Shown here: in pieces, positions 28,694 to 37,343 of the stretch
Layout of the letters: every line of letters starts with the position of its first letter
Position numbering within the stretch: position 1 is the first letter of the stretch
Assembly: GCA_965215505.1 (NCBI GenBank)
Contig: OZ244065.1
Span: 1,088,001-1,152,000 of the forward strand
Source of the DNA: Capsulimonadaceae bacterium
GTDB lineage: Bacteria > Armatimonadota > Armatimonadia > Armatimonadales > Capsulimonadaceae
Length of the DNA stretch: 64,000 nt
Direction of reading: 5' to 3'
Translations under genes and position numbers: made by a program
Notes under the pieces: model-generated
The model's input: only the letters and a program-made list of their open reading frames with translations
Told to the model about the DNA's origin: nothing
Databases searched by the model: none

Positions 28694-30166
28694 TCAGAAC
28701 GTGAAACTCTTGCCGACGCTGACATCCAGATAACTCCGGCGGAGGCCGTCGCTGCCATAGGTCGTGGTGATCTCGAAATATGACGGCGTCCACCGGTAGC
28801 GCGCGAATACGGCCCCCGTCTCGTGCAGGCCGAGTACGGGCGAGGTGTACTCGAGGCCGACCTTGTAGTGCCACGGCGGCCCAAGCCCGGCGATTTTCCG
28901 CCTGTAGGGCTGCGGAACCATCATGGCATCAGAGGCTGGAGTTTCGGTCGGCGGGCAGACGGGCGTGGCTTCCATATAGGTCGTAAGCTTCAGGATCGTG
29001 TCCTGATAGATGGCCGCGAACCCCAGCCGCTCGGCCCCCCGCTGCCCGCGGTCCCGAAAGCTGTCCTGGAAATACTGCACGGCGGCGACGGCCGTAACCC
29101 CCGATGCGCCTTTGCGGAACGGGTACAGACGTGAGACGGTCGCGCCGCCACTGAAAATGTCGCCGCCCGGAAACAACTGATCCCCGACCACGAGGGCGGC
29201 GGCCGGGCGGCGGGTCCCGTCCGCGAAGTCCCCCAGGACACTGGCTTGCGTGGCGTCGAGCTGCTGAAGCAAACTCTGCAATTTGTCGCAGACGACGGGC
29301 GGGATACCGTCTCCAATCCGCTCCGCCGTTTCAGCGGTGATATCCAGCGCCTTAAGAACAGCGTCGCCGCCTCTGATCACCTCATTGTCAGGCACCTCAT
29401 TGTCAGGCAATTCTTTGTCAGGCAGCAGCCCGTACAGTGACCTGACCGTCGTCACGTTGAGTGTCCTCAACGGATTCAGATTGAGATCGTCTATCTCCCG
29501 GAGAATCTTCGTCACCTCGTCGTGACGCCTGAGACTGTATGCGGCGAGGCTCTGCGGGATGTACTTGAGGGAGAGGCCCAGGCTATCGCGGCGGCTCGCG
29601 CCATCGGTGTAGGCGGATTGGAGGTACTCGGCCACTCCCAGCTCGAACGCGTTCCGCACGTCGCCATAGATCACGTTGGGGGCGTAGATCGGTTTGCCGG
29701 TGCCGACGCGCGTTTGGGCACCGATGTAGGAATAGTAGTACGGCAGAGGGGAACGCAGGGCGTCCTCCTGCACTTCGGAGTTCAGTGTCCTGATTGTCTT
29801 CAGGAGCTCTCTGTCGGCGGCAAGAGCGGCGACGCCCTGCGCGCGGTAGGTGGCAGAATTTTTCGCCGCGCGGTAGAAGGATTTTAATGATTTCACATGC
29901 CTGCTCACGGAGCCGTCGACGGCGTCTGTGTCCTCCTCGTAATCCTCGCGCATGTTGTTCTTGTCAACGATCATCGCGGGCGCGACGGCGAGGCTTGGGG
30001 TGCCGTTCTGGCCGTCCGTGAACTGGCCCGGCTTGCCGTTGTTCGGGCTTTGGACGCTGTTCCGGCTTTGGGCGCTGTTCGGGCTTTGGGCTTTGACGGG
30101 GCCGTACACCGGCGCGAGGGCGAGGAGGCAGAGCAGGACGGCGCGTGAGGCTGAGTGGGTTCGCAT
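28694..30166 (-). CDS. Secreted hypothetical protein, possibly with a C-terminal beta-barrel
   Basis: Signal peptide ending VKA; AAGGAG RBS; amphipathic strands ending YLDVSVGKSFTF. Confidence 0.65.
   Translation of the reverse strand: MRTHSASRAVLLCLLALAPVYGPVKAQSPNSAQSRNSVQSPNNGKPGQFTDGQNGTPSLAVAPAMIVDKNNMREDYEEDTDAVDGSVSRHVKSLKSFYRAAKNSATYRAQGVAALAADRELLKTIRTLNSEVQEDALRSPLPYYYSYIGAQTRVGTGKPIYAPNVIYGDVRNAFELGVAEYLQSAYTDGASRRDSLGLSLKYIPQSLAAYSLRRHDEVTKILREIDDLNLNPLRTLNVTTVRSLYGLLPDKELPDNEVPDNEVIRGGDAVLKALDITAETAERIGDGIPPVVCDKLQSLLQQLDATQASVLGDFADGTRRPAAALVVGDQLFPGGDIFSGGATVSRLYPFRKGASGVTAVAAVQYFQDSFRDRGQRGAERLGFAAIYQDTILKLTTYMEATPVCPPTETPASDAMMVPQPYRRKIAGLGPPWHYKVGLEYTSPVLGLHETGAVFARYRWTPSYFEITTTYGSDGLRRSYLDVSVGKSFTF
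30040..30091. repeat. 18-bp coding tandem repeat, three copies (QSPNSA-like)
   Basis: Units TGTTCGGGCTTTGGACGC, TGTTCCGGCTTTGGGCGC and TGTTCGGGCTTTGGGC. Confidence 0.75.
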
Positions 30167-30204
30167 GGCTTTCTCCTTGAGGAGTTCTACTGCCGGACAT
30201 TCAG

Positions 30205-30248
30205 ATTATAGCATGAGCAGCCGCTTCCTGTCTATGAAAGATGTCACA
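30205..30248 (-). promoter_or_regulatory. Extended -10 promoter with a CRP-like box
   Basis: TGcTATAAT at 30213-30205 and TGTGA-CATCTT-TCATA at 30248-30233. Confidence 0.5.
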
Positions 30249-32859
30249 CCGGCTCCAGCAGGGCGAGCCTGCCGCGGACGACCTCCGAGCGCCAGCCGTC
30301 GTCGCCGTAGAGCTGCCGGTAGAGTTCCAGCACCTCCTGATAGTGGGTCCGGGCCTCGGGCCATTGATGCAGGGCCTCATGGGCCACGGCGGACAGGTAA
30401 AGGCTGGAGGCAACGTCGGTGTGGATCGGACCGTGGATGCGGCGGTAGTTTTGCAGGGCCGCCTCGTGATACGCCAGCGCCTCGCGCCACCGGCCCTGCT
30501 CCCTCAAGACTTTCCCCAGGTTGTTCCAGTAGACCGACATCGCGGCCGTGGGGCCGTTCTGTGTCGCCCGCAGGCGCTCCGTCTCCAGGGAGGCGCGCAG
30601 GCAGGCCTCTGCCGCCCCGAGTTCCCCCCGCTTCGCGAGTACCATCGCCAGGTTGCTGCGGCAGAGGGATACCTTCGGGTGATCCGGGCCGGAGCGGAGG
30701 ATGCACAGAGCGAGCGCTTTTTGTGAGAACATCTGGGCGCGTTTGAGCTGCCCCTTCTCCTTGAGGATGTAGCCCATCGTGCCGAAGTAGTCCAGCAGGT
30801 CTTCGCTTTCAGGCGCGCCGACGCGGCGCACGAGGCGGAGGGCCGCGCGGACGTTCCGCAGGGCGCTCACGACATCGCCTTGCCCCTGGTCAACCTCTCC
30901 CAGCAGGAGCAGCAGCCGCGCGCGGCCGGCGTGGACGGGGCCGTGCAGGCGCTCGACAAGCCTCAAGGCTTCCTGGAGGTGGGCCGCGGCGTGCGCGAAG
31001 TCGCGCTGCAAGATCAGGAACTCCCCGGATGCCCTCAAGAGCGGGTGCAGGCTTTCGTCGAGTCCGTGATCCCGGCTCTCGGCGATGGCGGCGGTCAGGT
31101 GGGCCATCTCCGGCCGGACGCCGCGCCAGTCCAGTTCCTCATTGGCCCGCCGCAACCGGTCGGTCAGGGCGGCGGCCAGGCGGGCGACATGGGCGCGGTG
31201 TTCCTCTTCGGAGAGCTGCATCCGGGCGAACAGGCGGACCAGCTCGTGCAAGCGCAGGCGCGGTGCGGGGTCCGGCCCGGCCTCACCCGGCTCGGCGGGG
31301 GCTTCATCTTCGGAGATCAGGGAGGCGTCAACGAGGTCTGCCAGGGCCTCTTCCCAGACGCCGACTTCTGCGGGTCCCAGGACATCCAGCAGGAGGTCGC
31401 GCCCGAAGCCGGCGGGGGCGAAGCAGGCGGCGGCGGCGAGGACGGTGCGCGCGGCGGGGTCCAGGCTGAGGTAGGAACGCTCGATGGTCTCGTAGATGCG
31501 CCCTTTGTGGCCGGTGGCGGCGACGAACTTCTCCCGCGCGCGCTCCAGGGTCCGCAGCAGGACGTCTTCGGCGGGGCGGTTCTCACTGGGCGGTGAAAAC
31601 AGGCGACGGCGGTAGTCGGCGAGGCCGAGGCGCAGGCGGGACCGGTGCTGCGCGATGAGGGCCAGGGCCAGCGGCAGGCGGCCCACGGCGTCGGCGATCT
31701 GCCGGGCCGCCGCCCGCTCGTCGCCGTCGGGCACGGCACCGGGGCCGTGCAGCAGGGCGGCGGCGTCATCGGCACCGAGTTTGGGCAGCTCGACCAGCTC
31801 GAAGCCGGACGGGGCGAGGTGTTTCTGCTGGGTGGTCAGCAGCAGGCGGCAGTGGGGGGAGGCCGGCAGCAGGGACAGGTCGGTTTCCTCGGTGACGTTG
31901 TCGAAGACGAACAAGGTGGGCTGCGACAGGTGGTGCAGGCGGTCGCGCAGGCGGGCGACGCAGACCTCGGCGGAGAGGGTTTCGGGGATGCCGAAGAAGC
32001 TCCGGGCGAGGGTGGCATAATCCTCCCGCACATGGCTGCTGTCGGCGGCATTGATCCAGAAGAGGCCGCCGGGGTAGTCCTGCGGGTGCAGGTGGGCGTA
32101 GTGGAGCGCGAGCTGGGTCTTGCCCAGGCCGCTCAGGCCGACCAGGGCGACGGGGGCGGCGGCGGAGAGCAGGCCGTGGACGAGGGACAGCGTCGGCGCG
32201 CGGCCCACGAACTGGTCGGTGCGCCAGAACGGCAGGTTCGTCGGGGGCGGCGGGGCGGGGGCGACGAGGACGTCGAGCCGCCGGGGCAGGGCGGGGTTGC
32301 CGCAGCCCTCACGGTGGAAGCTGACGACGGGCATCTGGAGTCCGTGTTTGACGAGCGCGTGTCCCAGGTCGTGCAGGTCCGATGCCCAGTCCCCCGACCG
32401 CCGGAGCAGGTCGGCGTAGCTTTTGGAGAGGAGGATGTGGCCGGGGTCGCCGCAGTCCATGACGCGCTGGGCGAGGTTGACGCCGTCCCCGGAGACGTTC
32501 TCCCGGCCGTTGATGTCCCGTCGGCGGATGATCGGGCCGCTGTGGAGGCCGATGCGGAGAGGCAGGCGGGCGGGCGTGCCGGTCGCGGCGGCGATCTCGC
32601 AGGCGCAGCGGATCGGGGACAGCGGATCGGCGAAGAAGACCAGCGCCATGCCGTCGCCGGTGTCGGAGCGCAGCAGGTCGCCGGAGGCCTCGCACCGGCG
32701 GAATTCCTCGGTGCCGCGCACGAGGGCGTGGAGGTCCTGGACGACGCGGACCTGGTCCCGGAGGGGCAGGCGCGAGTAGCCCGCCATGTCCAGGTAGAGG
32801 ACGTGGGCGGCCTCGGCGGCGGGGGCGTCGGTCGGCGGACGGTCTGCCTCAATATCCAT
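30244..32859 (-). CDS. Class III cyclase - NB-ARC (STAND ATPase) - TPR protein
   Basis: LDMAGYS, TGDG and GVNLAQRV; P-loop GLSGLGKT, Walker B FVFDNV and GRLPLAL; C-terminal TPRs (GPDHPKV, HTDVASS). Confidence 0.88.
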   Translation of the reverse strand: MDIEADRPPTDAPAAEAAHVLYLDMAGYSRLPLRDQVRVVQDLHALVRGTEEFRRCEASGDLLRSDTGDGMALVFFADPLSPIRCACEIAAATGTPARLPLRIGLHSGPIIRRRDINGRENVSGDGVNLAQRVMDCGDPGHILLSKSYADLLRRSGDWASDLHDLGHALVKHGLQMPVVSFHREGCGNPALPRRLDVLVAPAPPPPTNLPFWRTDQFVGRAPTLSLVHGLLSAAAPVALVGLSGLGKTQLALHYAHLHPQDYPGGLFWINAADSSHVREDYATLARSFFGIPETLSAEVCVARLRDRLHHLSQPTLFVFDNVTEETDLSLLPASPHCRLLLTTQQKHLAPSGFELVELPKLGADDAAALLHGPGAVPDGDERAAARQIADAVGRLPLALALIAQHRSRLRLGLADYRRRLFSPPSENRPAEDVLLRTLERAREKFVAATGHKGRIYETIERSYLSLDPAARTVLAAAACFAPAGFGRDLLLDVLGPAEVGVWEEALADLVDASLISEDEAPAEPGEAGPDPAPRLRLHELVRLFARMQLSEEEHRAHVARLAAALTDRLRRANEELDWRGVRPEMAHLTAAIAESRDHGLDESLHPLLRASGEFLILQRDFAHAAAHLQEALRLVERLHGPVHAGRARLLLLLGEVDQGQGDVVSALRNVRAALRLVRRVGAPESEDLLDYFGTMGYILKEKGQLKRAQMFSQKALALCILRSGPDHPKVSLCRSNLAMVLAKRGELGAAEACLRASLETERLRATQNGPTAAMSVYWNNLGKVLREQGRWREALAYHEAALQNYRRIHGPIHTDVASSLYLSAVAHEALHQWPEARTHYQEVLELYRQLYGDDGWRSEVVRGRLALLEPV

Positions 32860-33008
32860 GGGATGGTATCCCGCCGTGCGGCGGTTCCGGTGAGTACGGG
32901 GCGTGTGCGCGGTCAAATCGGGCGTCCGTCTGAGGCGTTCACCGGCGGGGGCGTTGATTCCTTCCTGCATCCTTGCTGCATCCTTAACGGCGCGGCTGTT
33001 TTGCGGCT

Positions 33009-33923
33009 TCACCGGCGCGGGCCGTGACCTCTCCCCGCGACGAGTCGCGACCCTGCCCTGTCAAGGGAGGGTGAGGAGGGGATCGGTGCCGTCGCGTGGG
33101 GGTGCGCCGCGCGCCGCCGGTCTTCGGTTGGTTCGGCCATTCCCCCCGGTGCCTCCGCCGCCTCGAACGGGAGTTCGTTTCGGCACTTTTCGGCGGCGTC
33201 CGTCGGAGGGGCGGGCAGGACAGGAGCAGGCACGACCGGTTCGGCGGAGCGCCACGGGGTCGCCGAGAGGGACGGCACGGCAGGACGCGGCGGAACGGGA
33301 CCCGACCCGGCCCGCGTGTCCAGCGGCGCGTCGGCGAGGGCGGCCACCACCGCCTCCGTCGCCTTGCGGATGCGCCGCAGACGGCCACGGGTCTCCAGGT
33401 CGATGTCCGTCTCCTCCCGCGCATCCTCCCGGCACTCCCGCTCCGACGTCCGCGCCTCCTCCAGCACCTCGTCGCGCACGCGCCGGGCGTACAAGGCGGG
33501 CGCATCTTTCCCCAGCATCTTGACGGCGGTGTCGATCTGCCGGTGCAGATGGGTCTCGTGGCGCAACGCCTTGTCCAGCCGGTCCAGGCGGGCGTCCTCG
33601 GTCAAGGCGTCGTCTTCAAAGAGCTGGGCCTGCCAGCGGTGCAGGCGGCGCAGGCGCCAGGAGGCGGCGGCGATCTTCTCGACGTAGTGCTGCTCGAGCA
33701 GGGTGCGCGGGGGGAGCTGGGCGAGCCAGGCGTCTTCGAGGAGTCGGTAGCCGTGGGGGTCTTCGCCGAGGGCGGGGAGGACCACGTCGCGGGCGAACAG
33801 GCCGTGGGTGGTGGCATTGCGGGCGGCGACGGCCTTGCCGGCGGGCGTGCGGGGGCCGGTGGCGGGGGAGGCAGCCGGGGGCATGGTGATTTGGGGGGCG
33901 GAGGCAGCGGCGTCGGTGAACAT
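33009..33923 (-). CDS. Hypothetical protein of the TGPRTxxGK...NA..HGL family
   Basis: ATGPRTPAGKAVAARNATTHGL followed by EKIAAASWRLRR. Confidence 0.75.
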   Translation of the reverse strand: MFTDAAASAPQITMPPAASPATGPRTPAGKAVAARNATTHGLFARDVVLPALGEDPHGYRLLEDAWLAQLPPRTLLEQHYVEKIAAASWRLRRLHRWQAQLFEDDALTEDARLDRLDKALRHETHLHRQIDTAVKMLGKDAPALYARRVRDEVLEEARTSERECREDAREETDIDLETRGRLRRIRKATEAVVAALADAPLDTRAGSGPVPPRPAVPSLSATPWRSAEPVVPAPVLPAPPTDAAEKCRNELPFEAAEAPGGMAEPTEDRRRAAHPHATAPIPSSPSLDRAGSRLVAGRGHGPRR

Positions 33924-33988
33924 GGGGTGGCCTGTTGCTTTCTTGTGCGCGTCGCGGTGATGCGCGTCGGTGTAATAGCTTGTCTACT

Positions 33989-34017
33989 AGTATAGCGCAT
34001 GATCGAAGGAATGTCAA
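33989..34017 (-). promoter_or_regulatory. Sigma70 promoter TTGACA-17-TATACT
   Basis: Near-consensus promoter 65 nt upstream of the 33923 start. Confidence 0.8.
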
Positions 34018-34153
34018 GGGGGAGTAGCCGAGGGAACGAGTGAATGAATTCACTCGCTGATTGGGACCTGTCCAGGGGACAGCGGAGGGAGGGGACGGGG
34101 TCCGGGGGGTCGGGTCCGGGAGAGCCGAAGGCAGAGGGGGCCTCGCGGGCGTC

Positions 34154-34317
34154 TGAGTTGTTTCTGAGTCTTCTTTGAGTCTTCTCTGAGTAGTCTCTGT
34201 AGTAGTTTGCGGGAACCCTGCAAACTGGTGTGCGGGATTCGTGCAGGCTGGCGTGCGCGATTGACGCAGACTTGTGTGCGGGATTCGGGGGGTCCAGTAT
34301 GCGGGATTTGGGCAGCC
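34154..34317. repeat. Origin-like array: 11-bp-period repeats plus five 23-bp iteron-like repeats
   Basis: TGAG at 34154/65/76/87; TGCG(G/C)GA at 34208/31/54/77/300. Confidence 0.8.
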
Positions 34318-34367
34318 GAGAGGGGCACGAAGGGCGGTCAGGGCCGCGCACGGGAGGCGTTCCGGGG

Positions 34368-34775
34368 TCAGGCGGGGGGCCGGGCGCGCAGGAGTTCCCG
34401 CGCCAGGGTTTCGCCCAGCGTCAGCGTGACGGCGGGCGCGCGCCGGAACTGGAAGGCGAGATTGCCGGTCAGCAGCCCCTTCCTGGGGGTGACGGTGATG
34501 TCGCCCCATGGGATCAGCAGCGGCGGCAGGAGGCCGGGGACACTCAAATACAGGCATTGGTGGTCGGCCCCGGCTTCCAGGCAGTTCTGGAGGGCCATGC
34601 CGCCGACGATGCCGTACTGGGACGCGCGCTTTTCCCCGGCGAACACGGGCGGGCCGGGGTAGAGGCGCGCGAGTACGGCCCAGCCGCGCCGGTAGCTGAG
34701 GACGTAGTAGGCTAGCATCCCGGCCACGAAGAGGGGGATGAGGAGAAACGGGAGCGACGACACCGACGGGTGCAA
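34368..34775 (-). CDS. Hypothetical protein with an N-terminal TM helix
   Basis: GW..LA..Y and PPLLIPW.DI pattern; GGAGG RBS before a TTG start. Confidence 0.6.
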   Translation of the reverse strand: MHPSVSSLPFLLIPLFVAGMLAYYVLSYRRGWAVLARLYPGPPVFAGEKRASQYGIVGGMALQNCLEAGADHQCLYLSVPGLLPPLLIPWGDITVTPRKGLLTGNLAFQFRRAPAVTLTLGETLARELLRARPPA

Positions 34776-34885
34776 GGGGGACCTCCGCGCGGGGCGGCCC
34801 GTGTGGGGCGGGCCGGCATGGGGGGAGTGTACTCAGGGGGGCGGACGGGGTAACGGGGTGTGGTCCCGCCCGATGCTTGCGGCTC

Positions 34886-35164
34886 TCAGCCGGATAGCTC
34901 GTCCATCAGACTTTGAACGCGCTTTTCGATGGCTTCACCGGTGGCCTTGTCGAGAACGAAATTGGGCATCCTTTCCGCGCCGGCTTCAACAGCGGTCAGA
35001 AGGGAAGAGAGAGTATAGAGGCTGGGTATTTGGACAGTCAGCCAGTCCCCCTCTTCTGTTTCTTCCGGCAAATCCTGTAGCGGAACCGAATACTCTTCCG
35101 CATCCTCAACCAGGACTGCCAGACTCCCTTCAATCTGGTCTACAAACACATGTGCCTCTGCCAT
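34886..35164 (-). CDS. DUF3006 family protein
   Basis: VDQIEGSLAVL..E...LPE...EGD.L; usual neighbour of ComEC-like genes. Confidence 0.75.
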   Translation of the reverse strand: MAEAHVFVDQIEGSLAVLVEDAEEYSVPLQDLPEETEEGDWLTVQIPSLYTLSSLLTAVEAGAERMPNFVLDKATGEAIEKRVQSLMDELSG

Positions 35165-35170
35165 ATCCCC

Positions 35171-36178
35171 TCACTTCGCGGACGGAAAGACTCCGTAAGT
35201 ATTGCCATCAGTTTGTATGTTGATCGTGCCTTGCAGATCGGTCCGCCACACCTTGACTTTGGCCCGATCGAGCGCATCCAGTGTCGCTTGATTTGGGTGA
35301 CCATAGCGGTTCCACAGGCCACAAGAGATCACCGCGACTTTGGGATGCACCCGTGCAAGGAAGACGTCATCGGTCCCATTCTGCGAGCCGTGGTGGGCGA
35401 CTTTCAGAACTGTGGCGTTCAGGCTGCTCCCGCTGGCAAGCAGTGAGGCCCGTTCTCCTGCCTCTGCATCTCCCATGAATAGGAAGCCGACGCTCCCCGA
35501 ACTGATCTTCAGGACGATGCTGCTGTCATTCGCGTTGGGGGAGAGTAGAGTCGGGGCAAGGTAGTCGAGAGTCACGCCATCGCCAAGGTCCTGACGGGTT
35601 CCTGCGAGGTGCTGCCGCGTCACATTGACGAAGGAGATGTTCTGGCGCTTAACTTCGGCGAGGAGACTTTCCTGCGTCAAACTTCCCTTGACGAAACCGC
35701 AGTCAACGACAATCGCCGTCGGGAGGCGGCGCAGCACCGCTACTGTGTTACCGTAGTGGTCTTGGTCGGGATGTGAGGTGATCAGCATCTCCAGCCGATT
35801 AACGCCCCGTTGCCCGAGTTCGGCAAAAAGCCTGCCGCTTGCAGATGATGGACCTGTATCGATCAGGATGTTCTTGCCGGACGGCGTTTGTATGAGGGTG
35901 CTGTCTCCCTGTCCTACATCGAGGAAAGCGACTACGAGCGGTTTCCTGTACGAGCCAACAACGGCACGGCTCTGATAGCGGTGAATGCCGTAAGCAGCGA
36001 GGCAGGCTACCAGCAGGAGCAACAGGAACGGCGGCAGCCAGCGCCGACGGGAGGGGTTGACTAGCTTCGCAGGCGGCGGGAGGCCGAGGCGCTTCCGCGC
36101 GAGTCGGTCGAAGTCATCCAAGGGCTTTGCGGCGTCCTGAAGTTTGTGCCGTTTCTCGGCCGGTGTCTTTTTAGCCAT
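35171..36178 (-). CDS. ComEC/Rec2-type metallo-beta-lactamase fold nuclease (stand-alone)
   Basis: FLDVGQGDS, SHPDQDHYG, LKVAHHGS, NRYGHP and WRTDLQGTI. Confidence 0.88.
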   Translation of the reverse strand: MAKKTPAEKRHKLQDAAKPLDDFDRLARKRLGLPPPAKLVNPSRRRWLPPFLLLLLVACLAAYGIHRYQSRAVVGSYRKPLVVAFLDVGQGDSTLIQTPSGKNILIDTGPSSASGRLFAELGQRGVNRLEMLITSHPDQDHYGNTVAVLRRLPTAIVVDCGFVKGSLTQESLLAEVKRQNISFVNVTRQHLAGTRQDLGDGVTLDYLAPTLLSPNANDSSIVLKISSGSVGFLFMGDAEAGERASLLASGSSLNATVLKVAHHGSQNGTDDVFLARVHPKVAVISCGLWNRYGHPNQATLDALDRAKVKVWRTDLQGTINIQTDGNTYGVFPSAK

Positions 36179-36197
36179 TGTGTGCTGTCTGCCGCCG

Positions 36198-37160
36198 TCA
36201 CTTCAAGAACTTGTGCGCCCGGTGCCAGGCTAGAGCCTCGGTCGCGGGAGCGTACTCCGGCTGGGGCGGCAGATGGAGCGGCGTGCCGGGTTTCAGGTAC
36301 TCCTGCCCCGTCTGCCGCAGATGGGGCGAGGCAATGATGCGGTAGTCGTCGGTGGCGGCGAACCAGCCGGCGTCGAAGCCCCAGTGGTGGTTCTTGCACA
36401 GGGCCAGGCCGTTGCGCGGGTGGTCGTTGTGGAACTCGGCGAAGGGCATGATGTGGGCGGCTTCCACGAGGGTGCCGTTCAGCGCCCCGGCCTTCAGGCG
36501 GCAGACGGCGCAGGTGTCGTCATAGAAGGACTTGATGACGCGGGGGAACAGCGTGTGGCGGACGTAGTACCCGACATCGTCTTTGGGTTCCTGGACGCGG
36601 CGCGTCCTAAACCGGCTCTGCGCCTGTGCGGCCAGCCGCTCCGCCTCATAATCGAGGGCGGGCCGTGGGGCTGGCGGCTGCCAGAGCTGCGGCTCGGGCG
36701 GAAAGTAGGTTTGCAGTAAATGGACGCGCAACGCCTGAACAGCCATCGGCGTTTGCAGCAGGTCCCACAAGTCCGGAGCGAGACGTGCGCCATCTACGGA
36801 TTGCAGTTGGCGGATGGAAGGGGAGGGAAACTGCTGCGCGTCTACTGGTGCCCCACCCTGAACCAGTTCCCAGAAGCGATCATAGACTAGGTAGCGGAAC
36901 GGCAGGGCGATCTTCTCCTCCCAAGTCTCCGGCGGCACATGCGCCAGCCAGTTCTGATGGAAGGCCACGATCAGGTCGCTGTTGAGCGGTACGAGGTTTT
37001 CTGTGATATGTCCCGCCGCCACTTGATCCAGCACCGCCAGGAGCAGGATCGGCTTGTGCGGCGCGTCGCCCAGGCGTGAGTTCTTGTTGCGGTGCAGGCT
37101 GCCGAAGGCGGTCAGGTACTTTTTGAGCGTGTCGGCGATCATCTTATGGTTCACGGACAT
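36198..37160 (-). CDS. Putative modification-dependent restriction endonuclease (SBD-like plus HNH)
   Basis: APHKPILLL..., PFRYL, CAVC, EAAHIMP and NGLALCKNHHWGFDAG. Confidence 0.82.
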   Translation of the reverse strand: MSVNHKMIADTLKKYLTAFGSLHRNKNSRLGDAPHKPILLLAVLDQVAAGHITENLVPLNSDLIVAFHQNWLAHVPPETWEEKIALPFRYLVYDRFWELVQGGAPVDAQQFPSPSIRQLQSVDGARLAPDLWDLLQTPMAVQALRVHLLQTYFPPEPQLWQPPAPRPALDYEAERLAAQAQSRFRTRRVQEPKDDVGYYVRHTLFPRVIKSFYDDTCAVCRLKAGALNGTLVEAAHIMPFAEFHNDHPRNGLALCKNHHWGFDAGWFAATDDYRIIASPHLRQTGQEYLKPGTPLHLPPQPEYAPATEALAWHRAHKFLK

Positions 37161-37227
37161 GGTTCGACACGGGGAGGGCGACTTCCTGCCGGATGTTGAA
37201 GAGGGAAAGGAGGGATAGGAGGGAAAG

Positions 37228-37252
37228 AGGGCGCGATGAATCGCGCCCCTAC
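37228..37252 (-). repeat. GTAG-type REP
   Basis: Minus strand GTAGGGGCGCGATTCATCGCGCCCT. Confidence 0.75.
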
Positions 37253-37315
37253 GCGGATGGAAGTGCATAGACAGCACAGGGCGGACAGGATGGGCAGGGC
37301 GCGGATTATGAAGGG

Positions 37316-37339
37316 GGGCGCGGCAAGCGGCACCCCTAC
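37316..37339 (-). repeat. GTAG-type REP
   Basis: Minus strand GTAGGGGTGCCGCTTGCCGCGCCC. Confidence 0.7.
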
Positions 37340-37343
37340 GAGA

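Noticed and set aside
34154-34317. Possible CRISPR array
   Set aside because: Units are contiguous and degenerate with no unique spacers, and no cas genes are nearby
35171-36178. Full ComEC DNA-uptake channel
   Set aside because: Only the MBL domain with one TM is present; the multi-TM competence domain is absent
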